In this document: positions 1 to 15,278 of the stretch, piece by piece
Layout of the letters: every line of letters starts with the position of its first letter
Numbering within the stretch: the stretch's first letter is position 1
Translations under genes and position numbers: made by a program
Source of the DNA: the human T2T-CHM13v2.0 reference genome, Homo sapiens
Assembly: GCF_009914755.1 (NCBI RefSeq)
Contig: NC_060940.1
Length of the DNA: 64,000 nt
Reading direction: 5' to 3' (one strand)
The notes under the pieces: model-generated
What the model saw: the letters and a program-made list of their open reading frames with translations, nothing else
Database searches by the model: none
Told to the model about the DNA's origin: nothing

Positions 1-597
1 AGACCAGACCAATGGCCCTTCCCGTGGGCTCAGATGAGGAACATTGGATCCAACCTCTTCCATTTCATCTTGCTTCCTCATGGGAGAGATTATTTACCCA
101 TTACAAGTTCCTCACCATCCCCTACCCACCCCCACCACAGCAAACTACACATATCATATGCACTTGCATTCACTCATACGTATCTTCCTCAGCTCTACTG
201 AGTTAACTCTACCACAGGTTATTCCACTTCAGGAAACCTCTTACACATACAATCTCCGTAATTCCTCTGATAGGGCCAGAAAACCCAAAACACTGTTGAC
301 ATATATAAGAAGAATCTCAGTGAACAACTATATCACATAGGAGGAATGCTGTAAGCTTTGAAGTCAAACCGATCAAGAATAAGAAAAATAAGCTGCACTT
401 TCTTGTTCCTTTTTATCTTTTGAAAATGCAAATAGTAAAGCAACTGTATTGCTTTCTACTATTTTGTTGTTGCAGAAGTAAGTATTTCAACTACAACATG
501 GACTTGTGGGCTAGCCTAGAAATCTAACTTCCGTATTGACCCAGAGAATCAACAAAACAACCTACAAATTAAGTTTCATCTTATAATATTAAAGTCA

Positions 598-900
<303 letters not shown>

Positions 901-964
901 ATTAAAGTCAGGAATGATTATATAGTAGCTGGACTTCATTTTCTAAATAAAAACCAACTGATAC

Positions 965-1261
965 TTTTTTTTTTTTTGGAGATGGAGTTTTCGCTCTTGT
1001 TGCCCAGGCTGGAGTGCAATGACACGATCTTGGCTCACTGCAACCTCCGCCTCCTGGGTTCAAGCGATTCTCCTGCCTCAGCCTCCTGAGTAGCTGGGAT
1101 TACAGGCATGTGCCACCACGCCTGGCTAATTTTGTATTTTTAGTAGAGATGGGGTTTCTCTATGTTGGTCAGGCTGGTCTTGAACTCCCGACCTCAGCTG
1201 ATCTGCCCGCCTCGGCCTCCCAAAGTGCTGAGATTACAGGCGTGAGCCACCGCACCTGGCC
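965..1261 (-). mobile_element. Full-length Alu (AluSp-like), inverted relative to the previous Alu
   Basis: Poly-T then antisense Alu body; TSD CCAACTGATAC at 954-964 and 1262-1272. Confidence 0.95.
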
Positions 1262-4200
1262 CCAACTGATACATTTTTTAAAAAAAAGAAGCCTGAATTC
1301 TATGGATATGCAGCTAATTTGATATGTAGCAATTTAAGTATCATACTTGTGAAAATGAGATAAGACTGGGAGTGCCAAATATTCCTGTCTTCTGAGCTCT
1401 AGTCCCTTTCTTCTTGCATATCCTACTATCACCTCAAACAGAACATGTCTAAATCAACTCCTCACTTTTTACAATCACCTCACTCTCTAAATTCCCAATT
1501 TTATTCCCTAGCCCAGGTTCAAAATCTTAGTGTTAACCATAACATTTCCTCTTTCCTGCCCTGTGCAAGCTTAGACTGAATGCTGCCTAAGATACAAAGA
1601 TCAACAAATCATATTCCCTGCTCTCAAAGAACTTTAAAAAAATCTATACTACAAAAAAATTATACTAGAAAATAGGGCAAGTACCACACAAATAACCATG
1701 ACACAGATATGCTACCATAAAAAATGTGCAAAGTGTTACCAAGGGGTTGGAAAATCACTTTAGGTAAGGGATCAAAAAAGGTTTTATGAAGATAGCAACT
1801 GATATGCTCGGAAGATGGGTAGGATACTGATAAAACAGGGACTGGAGAGAGTGAGAGGACCAAAGAATTACAGATGAGAATACAGATTACACACAGGAAA
1901 CAGAAAGTAATACAGAGGGGCTAGAATGTACATTCATGCGGGGAAAAAAGCAGGATCTAAGGCCAGAAAGTATTATAAGTTGGAGCCAGATTGTGAAAAT
2001 CCTTGAGTGTCTTTTGTCCTGTGGAAGATGAAGTCACTGAAGGTTTCTGGTACAAGCACATGCAATAGTTAAGAGCCAGGATCCACTGTGTGACATTAGG
2101 CAAGTGACTTCTCTGTATTTTCATGAGGCTGTCTAAATAACAGCACTTACACAGGGGCATTGTGGGGATCAATTAACACATGTAAAGTGTCTAGAAAAGA
2201 ATCTGTCACAAAGTAAATGCTATACAAGTATTTATTATTCTATTTGTTCTTTAGAAAGATAAAGTAAGTTGCAATACAGAGAAATGGACTGGAATAGAAA
2301 TTTCACTGCCTCCTCTCTACCTTTACTCATGCCATTCCCTTTTCAAGAACAAGAACCACCCAAGTCTTCCTTATTACTCATTATTAAATGTATCATCTGT
2401 TAAGCTCAAATTCCACCTCCTCTCTGATTGCCTGATCCTATGCATATGTTGGTACATACTCACAAGATGTAAGACATGCAAGATACAATTTTATCTTCCC
2501 AGGGTATAGGGTACCTCAAGGACTTTTTTCATTTGCTTAAACATAATCTCTCTGATTATTTCAGTACAGATTCCTTACAGACCACAAATACGTCAATAGC
2601 ATTTGTTGCAAGATGGTCTGGAATGAAGTCCAATCGCATAGGGAATATCTATGGGAAGATTTTTAAAATATTCATAGTAAATTAAAGATTTCTTTTATCA
2701 AAATGATGGTACCTTATAAATCAAATGGTCATATCTCTTTGACAGTCTAAGTGGCCTTAAAGATTTTTGTCTTTGGAGGTCAGTGGCCTGGTCAGCAGAA
2801 CTGATCTGAACATGGCCTATTTTTGAAAAGAACTTCTATTATTATGGCTGAAATTGGACCCAACCATGTTCCAGGTAAACAACTTACTGTGAATATATTG
2901 CAATAATGAAATTTTGTTCTTCCTTTTTCTTACTTGACCCACCCAACTGCATTTTTTTCTACTCCTGTTTAATCTCTAACTATAGTAGAATATGGTCCCT
3001 AGTTGAACAGATCTATATTAAAAGTCAACAGCTGCCTTTTTGCTCAATATATACAACGGCAAGTGTCAAAATGCCAAATGTGATATTTTATTTATAGCAA
3101 AGCTAGTATAATGAGACACACAAAGTGCAGCCTTTTGCTAATTAAAAAAAAAAGCAGTGATTCAAAGATTTGTCAGTTTGCTTCAAAAGTGAACTGGAGT
3201 CACACACTGAAACTTCCCTTAAGCAAACTATACATGTTAGTTGGTACATATTCACAAATACATGTAAGTACCATTGATAGCAACACCCAAACCCAAATGC
3301 TCTTTTTTTTTGTCAACTCTAAAGCAATAAACCCCAAAGGAACGTCACATTCTACTTGCTCATTGCATATTTGGCAAGAATTCTCCTCCGTGTAATTTGC
3401 AGTTAACAAGAGAATGCACAGTAAAGTTTACAAACACAGTAAATTTAGGTGAAATACACAGTAAGGGTATATTATTGAAAAATGGTTTTAATCCAGGTAC
3501 CTATTTTTAGGTATCCTGATATTCAAAGATCTTCAGGTTTCCTCATGGCTCTTATCTAAGCCTCTTTAGGATTTCTACAACAGCTTTCCCAACATTACTT
3601 TTTCATCAGTTTGTAGTTGATAAAGGATGAAATAACTGCTACTTTCAATCTGTTGTTATCAATCGGATCAGGTTTTCTAATTATAAAGCTGCTAGCTGCT
3701 TAGTTGGGCGGGGAATTCTAGAAAGTACTTGGAAAAAAAGGTGTAGCTTCAGAACTTGAAAATACAACATTCTGACAACCAAAAAGACATGAATGTCATG
3801 TTATATAAACCATCACAAAGGTAAAGCTGTAAATATGAAATTTATACCTATATACTTGTCACTGCTGTCACCGTACAACCTAATTTCCTGGGTCTCTTAG
3901 AGAAGCATATCAAACACGGTCACTATGTAAATAATTATGCATTCAGGTTGCACGAACAAGTTCTTATTTATAATTCAATGGTGACAATTTCATAAACAGG
4001 AACACTTCATTACATGTCTAAATTTCCCCTATAAGATTATGCAATATGGCCCACCACCTAAGTATGCATTGAAATGGGTTATGGAAAAAATGAACTCACA
4101 GTTGCATTACAGAAGCTAGTAACTAGAAAAAAATTTATTCCATAAACTAAATCTTCAGCTATATCGCTTGCCAGGTTTCTATAAAGAACCAACTATCTCA

Positions 4201-5724
4201 TATATTTCAAACTTATTTTCACACTTTGAGGTGAGAAAAATTGACTTGATACTCCAACTGTACTACCAGCTCTTAAATTCCTTTAAAACTAACCTCTGAA
4301 CTAAATGATCTTAACAATACACTGTGGTTAATATTCTTTAACCCACAGGAGAACAAAGTTGGAGTCTAAACCTGCATAACTATTGGAAGTGCTGAAAGAG
4401 GTATTAATCAGGTCTGAATGATATAATTTTCATTAATAAAAACCCTCAACTGCAACTTGTCTAAGATCAATTACACGGCTCGTAAATAGTAGGACAGGGA
4501 CTTGGCTACATGTTGGTTTGCCCCAAAGCCCGTGTGCCATTTCCACTATGCTAGGCTGTCTTTCACTTAGAAAACCTCTTCAATCTGTTCCAGAAACATA
4601 AAAACCCAAGTACTCCTTGGTTTTGGTAGTTACATGTGTCCCATAAGTGTGTATTACCACAACAACTGACTATGCAGTCTCTCTTCCCAGATTGGACCCA
4701 GCTGGGTTCACGAACATTCAAATACAGACACATTATGTTGCCTTAAATCTCTTTCTGGAACAAGGCAGGTATAAGTAAATAAATAAGACAGACAGTACAA
4801 AAGGGAAACACTAAAAATCCAGATGTTTTGAGCTTTTATGTAATAAATGACTAACATTTGAGCATTTACTAAGTATCGGACAATGTGCTAATCTCTTATA
4901 TGCCACATTTTATCTCCTCACAACTATCCTTTGAGGTAAATGTATTGTCTCCATTTTATAGCTGAAAAATCAAATTACATGCCCCAAATCATAAAGCTAA
5001 TAAAAAAGGAATCCAAGAATCAAATAGAGATATGCCTGACTCCAAATCCTACAGAACCATTTTACCATACTGCAACTCCAATACAAACTCAGTATTTACC
5101 AGGAAAGGGATTAAACAATGATGTTTTTGGTCACACTAAGCAGAACAGTGGAGAACTGATATATGTAACTATTACTATGCAAAATTTGAAAGGGGTTCTG
5201 GCAGCCAAATAAGGAAGGACTCAATAAGTATGGCCAATCTAACAAATGCATCAGCAGTCTTTACTCTAATTTTTTTTCTTCTGAATTTCCTTCTTTTAGT
5301 GATTTCCATTTACTCATGCCTGCTGTTCATGTTCTTCATCCTAAATTCCCCTTCTCCAAAAACATTTAGGCTTATTTATAGTCTTAATTCTGAAGTGGCT
5401 CCATCTCTGTTGGTAATGATAAAAGAGATGATGTTTGGAACTAAGGTTGTAAAGGAAATATTAATGCTTTGTTCAGGAGATCTAATTTCCTATTGGAAAA
5501 TCTAGTCCACTCTGGGAATTCACAGTATCATAAATGATCTCAAGCTTTAAGCATGTCCTGTGAGTACTGTAAAAAGACCGGTTTTTGAATTTTTATTGAT
5601 AATTATTACTTGATATGCTGAAATAGATTATACTGATAATGTCACTTTTTAAAAAATCACATTTAAAAAACATCTTTAATCACTTTATCTTCATAGACTT
5701 TTATGCTTGGAAGTAAAAAACTGA

Positions 5725-6276
5725 GTGGTCCAAATGTCCACCAACTGATGAATGGCTAAATAAATGTGGTCTATCCATATAATGGAATACTTGGCAATAA
5801 AAAAGAAATACATAGCTAGGTGTGGCAGCGTGCATCTATAGTCCCAGCTACTTGGGAGGCTGAGGCTGGAGGATTGCTTGATCCCAGGAGTTTGAGCCTG
5901 GGAAACACAGCAAGAGCCTGTCTCTTAAAGAAAAAAAAAAGTCATAACATGTATGAACTTTGAGAACATTATGCTAAGTTTAAGAAGCCTGTCACAAAGG
6001 ATCACATAGATTCTATGATTGGAAATGTCCAGAATAGGCAAATCAACAGACAGAAAGCATATTAGGGGTTGCCTAGGAGGCTAAGAGGCACCTCTTAGCC
6101 TGGTCTTGGAGTAATGAAAATGTTCTGAAATGGACTATGGTGATGGTAGCACACAACTTTATGAAGATACTAAAAGCCACTGATTTGTATACTTTAAATA
6201 CTTTATTTGTATACTTTAAATGGATGAATTTTAGTATTATGTGAATTACATCTCAATAAAGCTCTTTAAAAAAAAT
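5725..6276 (+). mobile_element. L1M 3' end fragment with an Alu monomer inserted at ~5814-5940
   Basis: CCAAATGTCCACCAACTGATGAATGG...ACATTATGCTAAG...CTCAATAAAGCT matches L1M 3'UTR consensus. Confidence 0.8.
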
Positions 6277-8734
6277 TTACTGGAAATAGGCTCAAAAGGC
6301 CAATGAAGAAATATTATTAATGCTTTTTAAATTCAAGGACAACACAATCTCAAAATGTTTGCCCTTTTAGGTAACCAAATCCTGTCCTCTATAAATCATG
6401 TCCAAAGTGATTAATAAAATAAAGTTTGAGATAGGTTTGTTTAACAACTGATGTTACAGAGTTCTTTCATGTCAAAGTACCTTTGTGACCTTTGAAGTTG
6501 TTACAGTTCCAGGGAAAGGACTAATGATTTAATCATTTTCTATTACTTAATAAACAGGTCTGCTTGAGCAACTTGTAATTTTAGTGTTTTAAACTGAGGA
6601 TCCCCAGTGCATAGGCTGGGATCTACCTGTAGATCTTGAACCCTTATGAGATAGATGTCAAGCACCACAGTCCCTTATCTGAGGTTTACCAGATTTTCCT
6701 ATGAAGTAGGTAGGAGGTAGCAGAATAGGAAATGATACCCCTCACCAAGGCTTTCACTTCCCTGAACACCTGCCAATCTTTAGACCTGAAGAAAATGAAA
6801 ACTCTTCCTCACAAAATGCTAGACATATAGTGGGTTTTAAACACATAAGGCTTTCTCCTTATTCCCGATTTTATTATCCATGAGCAATGGAGACCGGGGG
6901 AGAGGACAGAATCCTGTTGGCATAATACTTTTAGCTCATTTGTGTCTCCTCACTCAATCCTTGTCAGGTCACAAGGACTGACTTCATCTGACTGGTAGTT
7001 TAGGAGAAAATGGGCATATGTGATCCAACATTTTGTCTTTGGAAGCACTCATCTCTCCTCTGTCATGCTGGAAGTGTTATAGGGGCAGTTCCCCCAGTTC
7101 TGTCTGGGACTGGATTGTTAAGTCTGCTCAATTTTAAGGTCCAGGAGTAGGACGTCACGTGCCCCCAAATGTAAGTGACATTCTCCAATATCCTCTTTCT
7201 TAGTAATAAAATAATATTTTAGCCCCTAAATACCTTATTTCTTTTTTGCCCCTCAACTAGTTCAGAATACAAGCAGGGAAAAACATGTCAGTTTTTGAGA
7301 TTCCCCCCCCCCAAACAGTAACATCCCATCTAGACAATTTTAAAAACAACAAGAATGAAAATATCTTCAGAAATGAATACACTAACCTTAACTTCGTTAT
7401 GACAAACTATAACATGAATATGATAACCACTTTAGGGAAATTTTGACGAGACATAAGGGAGAAGTTCTTTCAGCTACTTGAAAGAGACTTTTGGGGAACA
7501 TCTGGAAATCTTCATAAAGAACATAAGGCAAATCTATCTAGGATGATTAGGATTACGGTCACTGAAATCCTTGCTGTGAGGGGATAATGCCTTCCTCACT
7601 AAAGGGATCTGCAGACCATTTATATTTATCAGAGACGCAGCTTTACTTAACTGTTTATCTTGTTAAAATTAACTAACACTAATTTTTCCCCCTGACAAAA
7701 AGTCTCTTCAGGGGTGAGAAGAGAGTGACAGTGAAATTAAGAAGCTTGTACAAAGCAAAGACCCCCAAGTCTCCTTCTTTCCCTCTTCTGTAATCTGGGA
7801 AAACCTCCAGCCACTGAAGAATTTTAATTTCATTTAAGATAAGTAAAAGGTGTGCATAAATAACATATAGGTAATACTTCAGTGAAGAATTTTCTTCAAT
7901 GGAATCTTTGCAGCACTGAAACTCAAATCTCACATGCAAAGCACTACCATGTGGGGGAAAATGTGAAAATGACTATTTTACATTGGCCAAATATAAACAT
8001 CCTAAGGAATCAGATCAAGTAATGGATGTCAAAGTGCTTCAAAAACTATGAAGCATTATATAAAATCAAAGATATTCCTATTGGTGTTGAGTTCCAGTAA
8101 CCAGCAGAAATTTGACCTTAGCATAGCAGAATTATGTAATTTTGCCACTGTATTCATCTACATTTAATATTTCTGGTTACACTAACACAAACAGTCTTCA
8201 TTAGAGTGCCTTCCCCCATACATACAATATGTTTCAGATCTTCAAAAGTTTGTGCATAATCCACAAGCCATTACAAGAAGTAGATGAAATGTTAATCACA
8301 CAGGTGAAAATAAAAGGGATGTACTTTCTCTGTATCTAGACCAAGACAATAAAAACATGAAAAACTCTGCTGTCCAAAGTATGGTCCATAATCTTATAGT
8401 AACAGTTTATCAATAGGGACTTCAGGAAGTTACTCTTTTTTTTTTTTTTTTTTCTATTCCTTCTATGGTAGTTCAAGTAGAAGCTGAGAACAGAGATTAG
8501 AGTATGGAGAGACTGGAAGAGGAAGAACAGCACGGAAGTGACAGAGAAAGTCCAAAGCCAAGAGGGACATATATTTAACTTGTTCTAAGCATGGCTGTAT
8601 TATTCTTGATGTTTCCTTATTTCCTAGAACATCTAATAGAGAAAAACATCATTTCTCACAGTTCTGGGCTTTCATTTCAAAACTGGATTCTGACACCTGT
8701 TCTTATAAACTAGAACAGCAATATAACAATATGT

Positions 8735-8950
8735 AATTTTTATTGAGCATTTACTGTGTGTCAGGTACTGTTCTAAATGTTTGACATGGGTTAACTCAGT
8801 TAATTATCAAAATATCCCAGTGAGATGGATACTTTTATTATCCCTACTTTACACAGGAGGAAACGGAGACAAAGAGAGGCTAAAGAACCTGCCCTAAAGC
8901 TACAGAGCTATGAAGTGATGAAGTCTAGACTTGAATTCTGAAACTTTCCC
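8735..8950 (-). mobile_element. MIR
   Basis: TTTATTGAGCATTTACTGTGTGTCAGG...TTTACACAGGAGGAAACGGAGAC MIR core. Confidence 0.7.
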
Positions 8951-10227
8951 TTAGTAGTTCACTGCCGTGGTTTTCAAGCTACATTCTGCAGACTATTTCA
9001 GCTCCAAAAGTTCTACTTCTAAAATACATTTTATCCGGTATAAAAACTGCAATGAAAACATCACAATCAAAACTTTAATAGACTGAATATAATACACCAA
9101 AGGGAACCAACACATTAACTTTTTGTTGCCAGGTTAAGTGGCTTTTGTGCAGCTCTTGAAATAAGCTAGACCTGTCACCACTGAGATCTTACTTGAACTT
9201 CTTGTAAATGTTTCATTGATTTGGAAGGTGTAACTCTGCACTTTTTTTTTTTTTTTTTTTTTAACTCAGGACTACATCTGCCTGCTCAGGTGAGACTGTA
9301 CAGCATACGAGCTCAAGCACAACGGTAAACCAAGGAACATACTGTCCCATTCGTTTTATGTTTTGGGGGGTTTACTGCCTGACATATGTAAGGTAAGAAA
9401 TACATGCTAGATAAGAATTTTAAAAATTTCCTATGTTCCTAGTATCTCTTATTCCTCTTTCTAGCCATAATATTTAACGGAGTGGTATCCTGAGATGGCA
9501 AGGAAAACTTTTAGAAAAAAAACAATCACTTCCTCGATCCCACATCAGCCACACATTGTCACTGTTACACTCTGGACCTTGTGCCTACGATCCCCTGCCA
9601 TTCCACTTTGCTGGATTGATCACTCCCACTCTGACTGGTCTTCAATTTTATTGGGTCCCCTATTCTACTGGCCATGTACCATTGTACCATCTGCTATTCG
9701 ACTGAACAATCCATTAGTTTTTATTCATTTTCACTCTTTATCCAGCTGACACTCCATAAGCCATCATTACAATACTTTGGCCACTATCCTAAATACCTTG
9801 GCTGCTCTGTCATTTTGTTGCAATGTATCTGGCAAACCCCAACCTTGAATGAAGCCTTCACATTATTCTTTATTATTCATTATTGTATATGAGGCTTTTA
9901 CATTATTCTTGATGTTTCCTTATTTCCAAGAACACTTGGAAAATTCACCTACCTTAGTACCAAAATGACATAGCACTACTAGAAAAGGTCAAGAGGGCAG
10001 ATAGGTTATCACACTGTATGTTCATGACCATCAACTTCCACGACGCATCAGTGCTGCTAGACAAACCTACTTATCACCGTTGGCAAGCTTTCTCTGCAAT
10101 TATTTCTAACAGTTTCTATTTCCTCAGACCTTGGACATCCATTGCTCCTATCTCCATGGCAACTCACAGCCAATTTTGCCTCCAAATTTTAAAGAGTTAT
10201 ACTCATTCTATCCTTGCTTTCTTCTGA

Positions 10228-10574
<347 letters not shown>

Positions 10575-11157
10575 TAGGAACGTTATGCTATCACTTATCT
10601 TTCTTCTCTTTTATATGTAACAATTCTTCTCTTTCAACTATATCTTTTGCATGGTCATTTAGTCTATTTTATCTATTGGGATTCTATCTAAAACTTCTTT
10701 GTAAAAAGATTCCTTCTGCTACAGCACCGAAACCCCTTTTCCCCTAAGTACGTGAAGCCTGAAAGTCTCATAAAAGGAGTCAATACACATGTAAGTAGGA
10801 TAAAAACATCAACAGGTCACGAACTGGATGTCATACATGTAACCGTGTTAAGTTGTCGGGCAGCAACAATATTTTCATAAACAAAGCCCATAGTACCACC
10901 AAATTCGAAACCATCCTGATTCTTCATATCTTTTACAATTAAGAGTTCTGCTAAAACTCTATGGGCAAGAAAAGTAGCAGAATTTTTAGAGTGTTATTTT
11001 AATAACCAGTGAATATGACAGCATGATTTTGTGTTACTAGGTCTAGATTGGGGGAGAGAAGGGAGGGAGGAGGAAGCAACAAATGTCCCAGCTACCACTT
11101 TTTTTCTAAGAGCTAAAAATATTGCAGGATAAATACAGAACCATAAGTAATACTTAA

Positions 11158-11514
<357 letters not shown>

Positions 11515-12079
11515 GCATTTTTATAAGAAATTATCCATGGAGGGAGCTTGACATTCCCAACCCTCCAAAAGTTCCTTCACCTGCACTGAACAAGCAGTTA
11601 AAAAACAAGACCATTCCTTAAATCGGAGCAGCTCTCCTGACAGCTGTTTACATTAATTAAGGTTTGGTCTCACAGGTCTGGGAGAGAGGGAGAAAGAGAG
11701 GCGGGGGAAGAGGGGAGGGAGAAGAGGTAACAGGGAAAGAAGTGGCCCAAGCTGAGAAAAATCTTGGAAGCGCATTCACCTGGGGCACCCTTCAGAAAGA
11801 TGCCCGCCTCTTTCCCGAGGGCACCACCTTGCCTCTCCCGCCCACAGCTCCGTGGTGGTACAGCAAGCACTGCTCCCGCTGCCGGGCTGCCTGCAACTGT
11901 AATGTGTTATTTAATTTTGTAACTACTATTAAGAGCTCTCCAGCGTTTTTGTGATGCGCTGGAATGAAAGACGCTCCATAAAATGAGGTTTATTATTAGT
12001 AGTATTATAGCTCCCGGGCCTAAAATAAAGCAGAATTATAACCACATACACACTTCAAAGGGAAAATCCGAAGCCACAA

Positions 12080-13560
12080 GCTTCTCAAACATTGCCAAGC
12101 GGGCAGGGGATGGGCGGGGGCGGCGGTGCAGAGGGGCTCCAATCCGGCGCCCCCCACTCCCACCAACCCCACCAGCTCTCCCAGCACCCACCATTCACCC
12201 TGCCTGGTGGGGTCAGCGCCCGCAGCCCGGGCTCGCCCCCGGCCGCAGCTTCCTCTGGTGGTGGAGGGTCTGGGGTCGGACCTGATCCCTCTCGGCCTCC
12301 CCTCGCCCACCAGCTCTCTAGTGGCTCCCGCACTGCCCCGCAGGCTGCCTCACTCTCAGCCCTAGCCTCTCCGCCTGGTTTCTAATTCCCTTGCAGGAGC
12401 CTCAGTTTCCTCCCGTCTCCCACCTTGACTTTTTTTTTTTTTTTTTAATCCAGAACGAAGCTCATTCCTCTGCGATCCCTCACATCGGAGGGCTGCTCCC
12501 CTCCTCCCCGGTCCGGGACTTGCCAGCCCAGCCCAGGTCTCCTCGGCCACTTTTCACCCGGCCTGGGGCGCCTCTCCCCTCAGCCCGGGGGTCCCGCTGG
12601 CGCCCGGCGGCTTCCTCTCCTCCATCCCTTTCCTCCGCGGCCCGGGTCTCCCCTCCGCCCCCGGTCTCCTCAGGCTAGCCTCCGGCCGGGACCCTCCACC
12701 CCGTCCTCTCCTCAGTCCGGGTCTCCCCTCTCTCGCGTCGCCCTCAGCCAATCCCCCGCCCGGCCCGGCGCGCCAGCGGCTCACCCGCAGACTCCCCGGT
12801 GTTGATCCAGTCCGGGTTGGCGATGCTGGCGATGGCGAAGATATCGGCGGCCAGAAAGAGACATCCTGAGATGATGGTCAGTTTATCCATCTCCCCGCCC
12901 CGCTCCCCCCACCCCCCGAGCCCCGGACAGGCAGCGGCCTCACGCCTCCCGCCCCATGGGCCGCCGCCGGGGCCCGGAGTCCCCGCGCCGCTGCCTCGCG
13001 CCCCCTCGGCCCCCGCGCGCCGCTCGCGCCCTCCGCGCGCCCGGGACCAGCAGCCGCGGCGCGGCCCGCACAGACGGAACCGCCGCCCGCCCCGGAACTG
13101 CTCGGCCCGCCCGCCCCTCACCCGGAAGCGAAGCCGCGGCGTTGGCGAGGCCGGTCCCGGCTCCCCAGCCGCCGCGCCCCAGCTCCGTCCTCCCGGCTCG
13201 GCCGGCCGCCCTGGGCCCCTCCCCGCACCGCCCGCCTCTACGTTCTGGACCCGGACCCGACCGGCCCGGCTCCGGTCCCTGCCCGGGTCCCGGTCTCTTC
13301 TGGCAGGCCACGCCACCTCTTGGCTTTCTGCCCACTAATAAGATTGTTGATGTTGATGACTGGGCACAGGCTGCGGCCCCTCCTGAGCCCCTCAGAAGCA
13401 AAACTGGAATGAGAGTGGGGAGCTGCCCGTCTTCCAGCAGGAGGCGGGCCCCGACTCCCGCCGAGCGACTCCGGGCCCCGCGCGGTCCCTGTCACCTTGT
13501 ATTCTCATTGCCCGTTCCGCGGCCGTCAGCTCCCAGGATTGCCCCATTTAGCAAATAGCT
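12080..13560. promoter_or_regulatory. MOSMO: CpG island / MOSMO promoter and first exon
   Basis: Very GC- and CpG-rich; GC boxes and an ETS-like CCGGAAG at 13122; surrounds the MOSMO start codon. Confidence 0.9.
12785..12890 (-). CDS. MOSMO: MOSMO (C16orf52, modulator of Smoothened) coding exon 1
   Basis: GAGATGG start at 12890 encodes MDKLTIISGCLFLAADIFAIASIANPDWINTGESA(G); donor GTGAGC after 12785 (106 nt, phase 1). Later exons lie left of the window. Confidence 0.96.
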
Positions 13561-13599
13561 TTCGACAACCCCTCTTCGTCAGACGTTGTAGGTGCAGAG

Positions 13600-14320
13600 G
13601 TGCTGGAGTGGACAGAGGCAAGGCGCCCGCTCTTGGGGAGCTCACGTTCTGGTGGGAAGAGACAGAAACACATTAAGAACCTATCTGTAAAATAAAGATA
13701 ATTTCAGGTGCAGATCCCTGAATTCAATGGAGGTCAGTGTGATGGGAGTCGGAGCGATACCTGCGATAGGGAAGGATGCATTTCCGCTGAGACCATCACG
13801 ATCGTAAAGATCTGCACTTTGAAGACCTGGCGCAAGACCAGACAGAGGGAACAGCCAATGCAAAGATCATTAGGGGAGGGGGGCAGAAAGAGATCAGCGT
13901 GTCCAAGGAATTGCAAAATGGCCTGTGTGGCAGGAGAGTAGTATGACAAGAGGTAGGCAGAGGCTAGGTGTAGGGCTTTGGGGGCCTTGGATTTTGTTCT
14001 GAGTGCAATGAGAAGGCAATGGAGGGTGTTTGCAGAATCCCATGATCTTACTTAATCTGTGAAGATCCATAGTGTAGCTTGTATGGGGGAAAGGCAAAGA
14101 TGACAACAGGGACGCCAGTTAAGAGGCCAAGTAGTCCACGAGAGAGAAGTGTAGCTTTGGCTAGGGTGAGAGTAGTGAAGATGGAGAGGAATGGACAGAT
14201 TTGGATGTTTTGTAGATAGAGGGAAGGACCTGCTGATAATGGGGAAGGAGTTGAAAGAGAACTCAAGAATAAGTTTTTGACCTGAGCAACCAGGTGTTAT
14301 GATCCCGTTTACTGAGTTGT
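13600..14320 (+). mobile_element. L2 fragment
   Basis: Purine-rich L2 3' motifs (GAGCTCACGTTCTGGTGGG, GGCCTTGGATTTTGTTCTGAG, TTTTTGACCTGAGCAAC). Confidence 0.65.
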
Positions 14321-15046
14321 GTGTGCAGCGTCTTAAGTTGGATGAATAAACAGGAAAATAAGGCATTTGCATAATTTGTCAGCATATGCTATGGTGGAGG
14401 TTTTCTTTTCTTCCACAGCTCATGGGCCGAATCACCACTAACCCTGATGTTTGATCCAGCTCTCCCTAATGGTACTCCGTGCAGCAGATGGAGATGAAAC
14501 ACTCATTTTCTCCTTAAATGCCACATAGGTCGTCTCTAGAAGGACCTAGAAGAGTGACATCTGTCTCTATTTTTGGAATGCTTACATGTCCACAAAATTC
14601 AGGAGGTTTCAAATTCCACCAAATCCAACAGCCTTGCAGAAATGTGCAACAGAGTATCAGTGTCACTACATAGCTGGGAGAAGGAAGGGTTTGATTGCTG
14701 GTCTATATTGACTTTTCTGTCCAAACATTGGTCTCTTGGGGGAAAGGTTTTTTTTTTTTTGTTATTATACAATTTATTTTTCCTCTGCCACAGAAATTGA
14801 CACAAGATAATTCATATACTCCAAGGATCCAGATATAATGCATATCACATTACTGCAATAGTCTTCAGTTTCTTTTTTCTTTTCTTCTTTTTTTAAATAA
14901 GTACTGGAGAAATTTAATTGAGTCATATTTGGCTTCTTGTTGGGGTTTTCTATTGCCCAGTGATAGAAGAAACTGTAACTATACAGGACTAAATTCCCAG
15001 ATAATATCCACTGATGTTCTCTACTGGCCAGCTTAGAAGAATCCTA

Positions 15047-15278
<232 letters not shown>

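Noticed and set aside
12744-13558. Long overlapping ORFs (150-200 aa) around the MOSMO start, including an in-frame N-terminal extension
   Set aside because: Stop-codon depletion is expected in a CpG island. The products are low-complexity, and the real CDS begins at a strong-context ATG at 12890.
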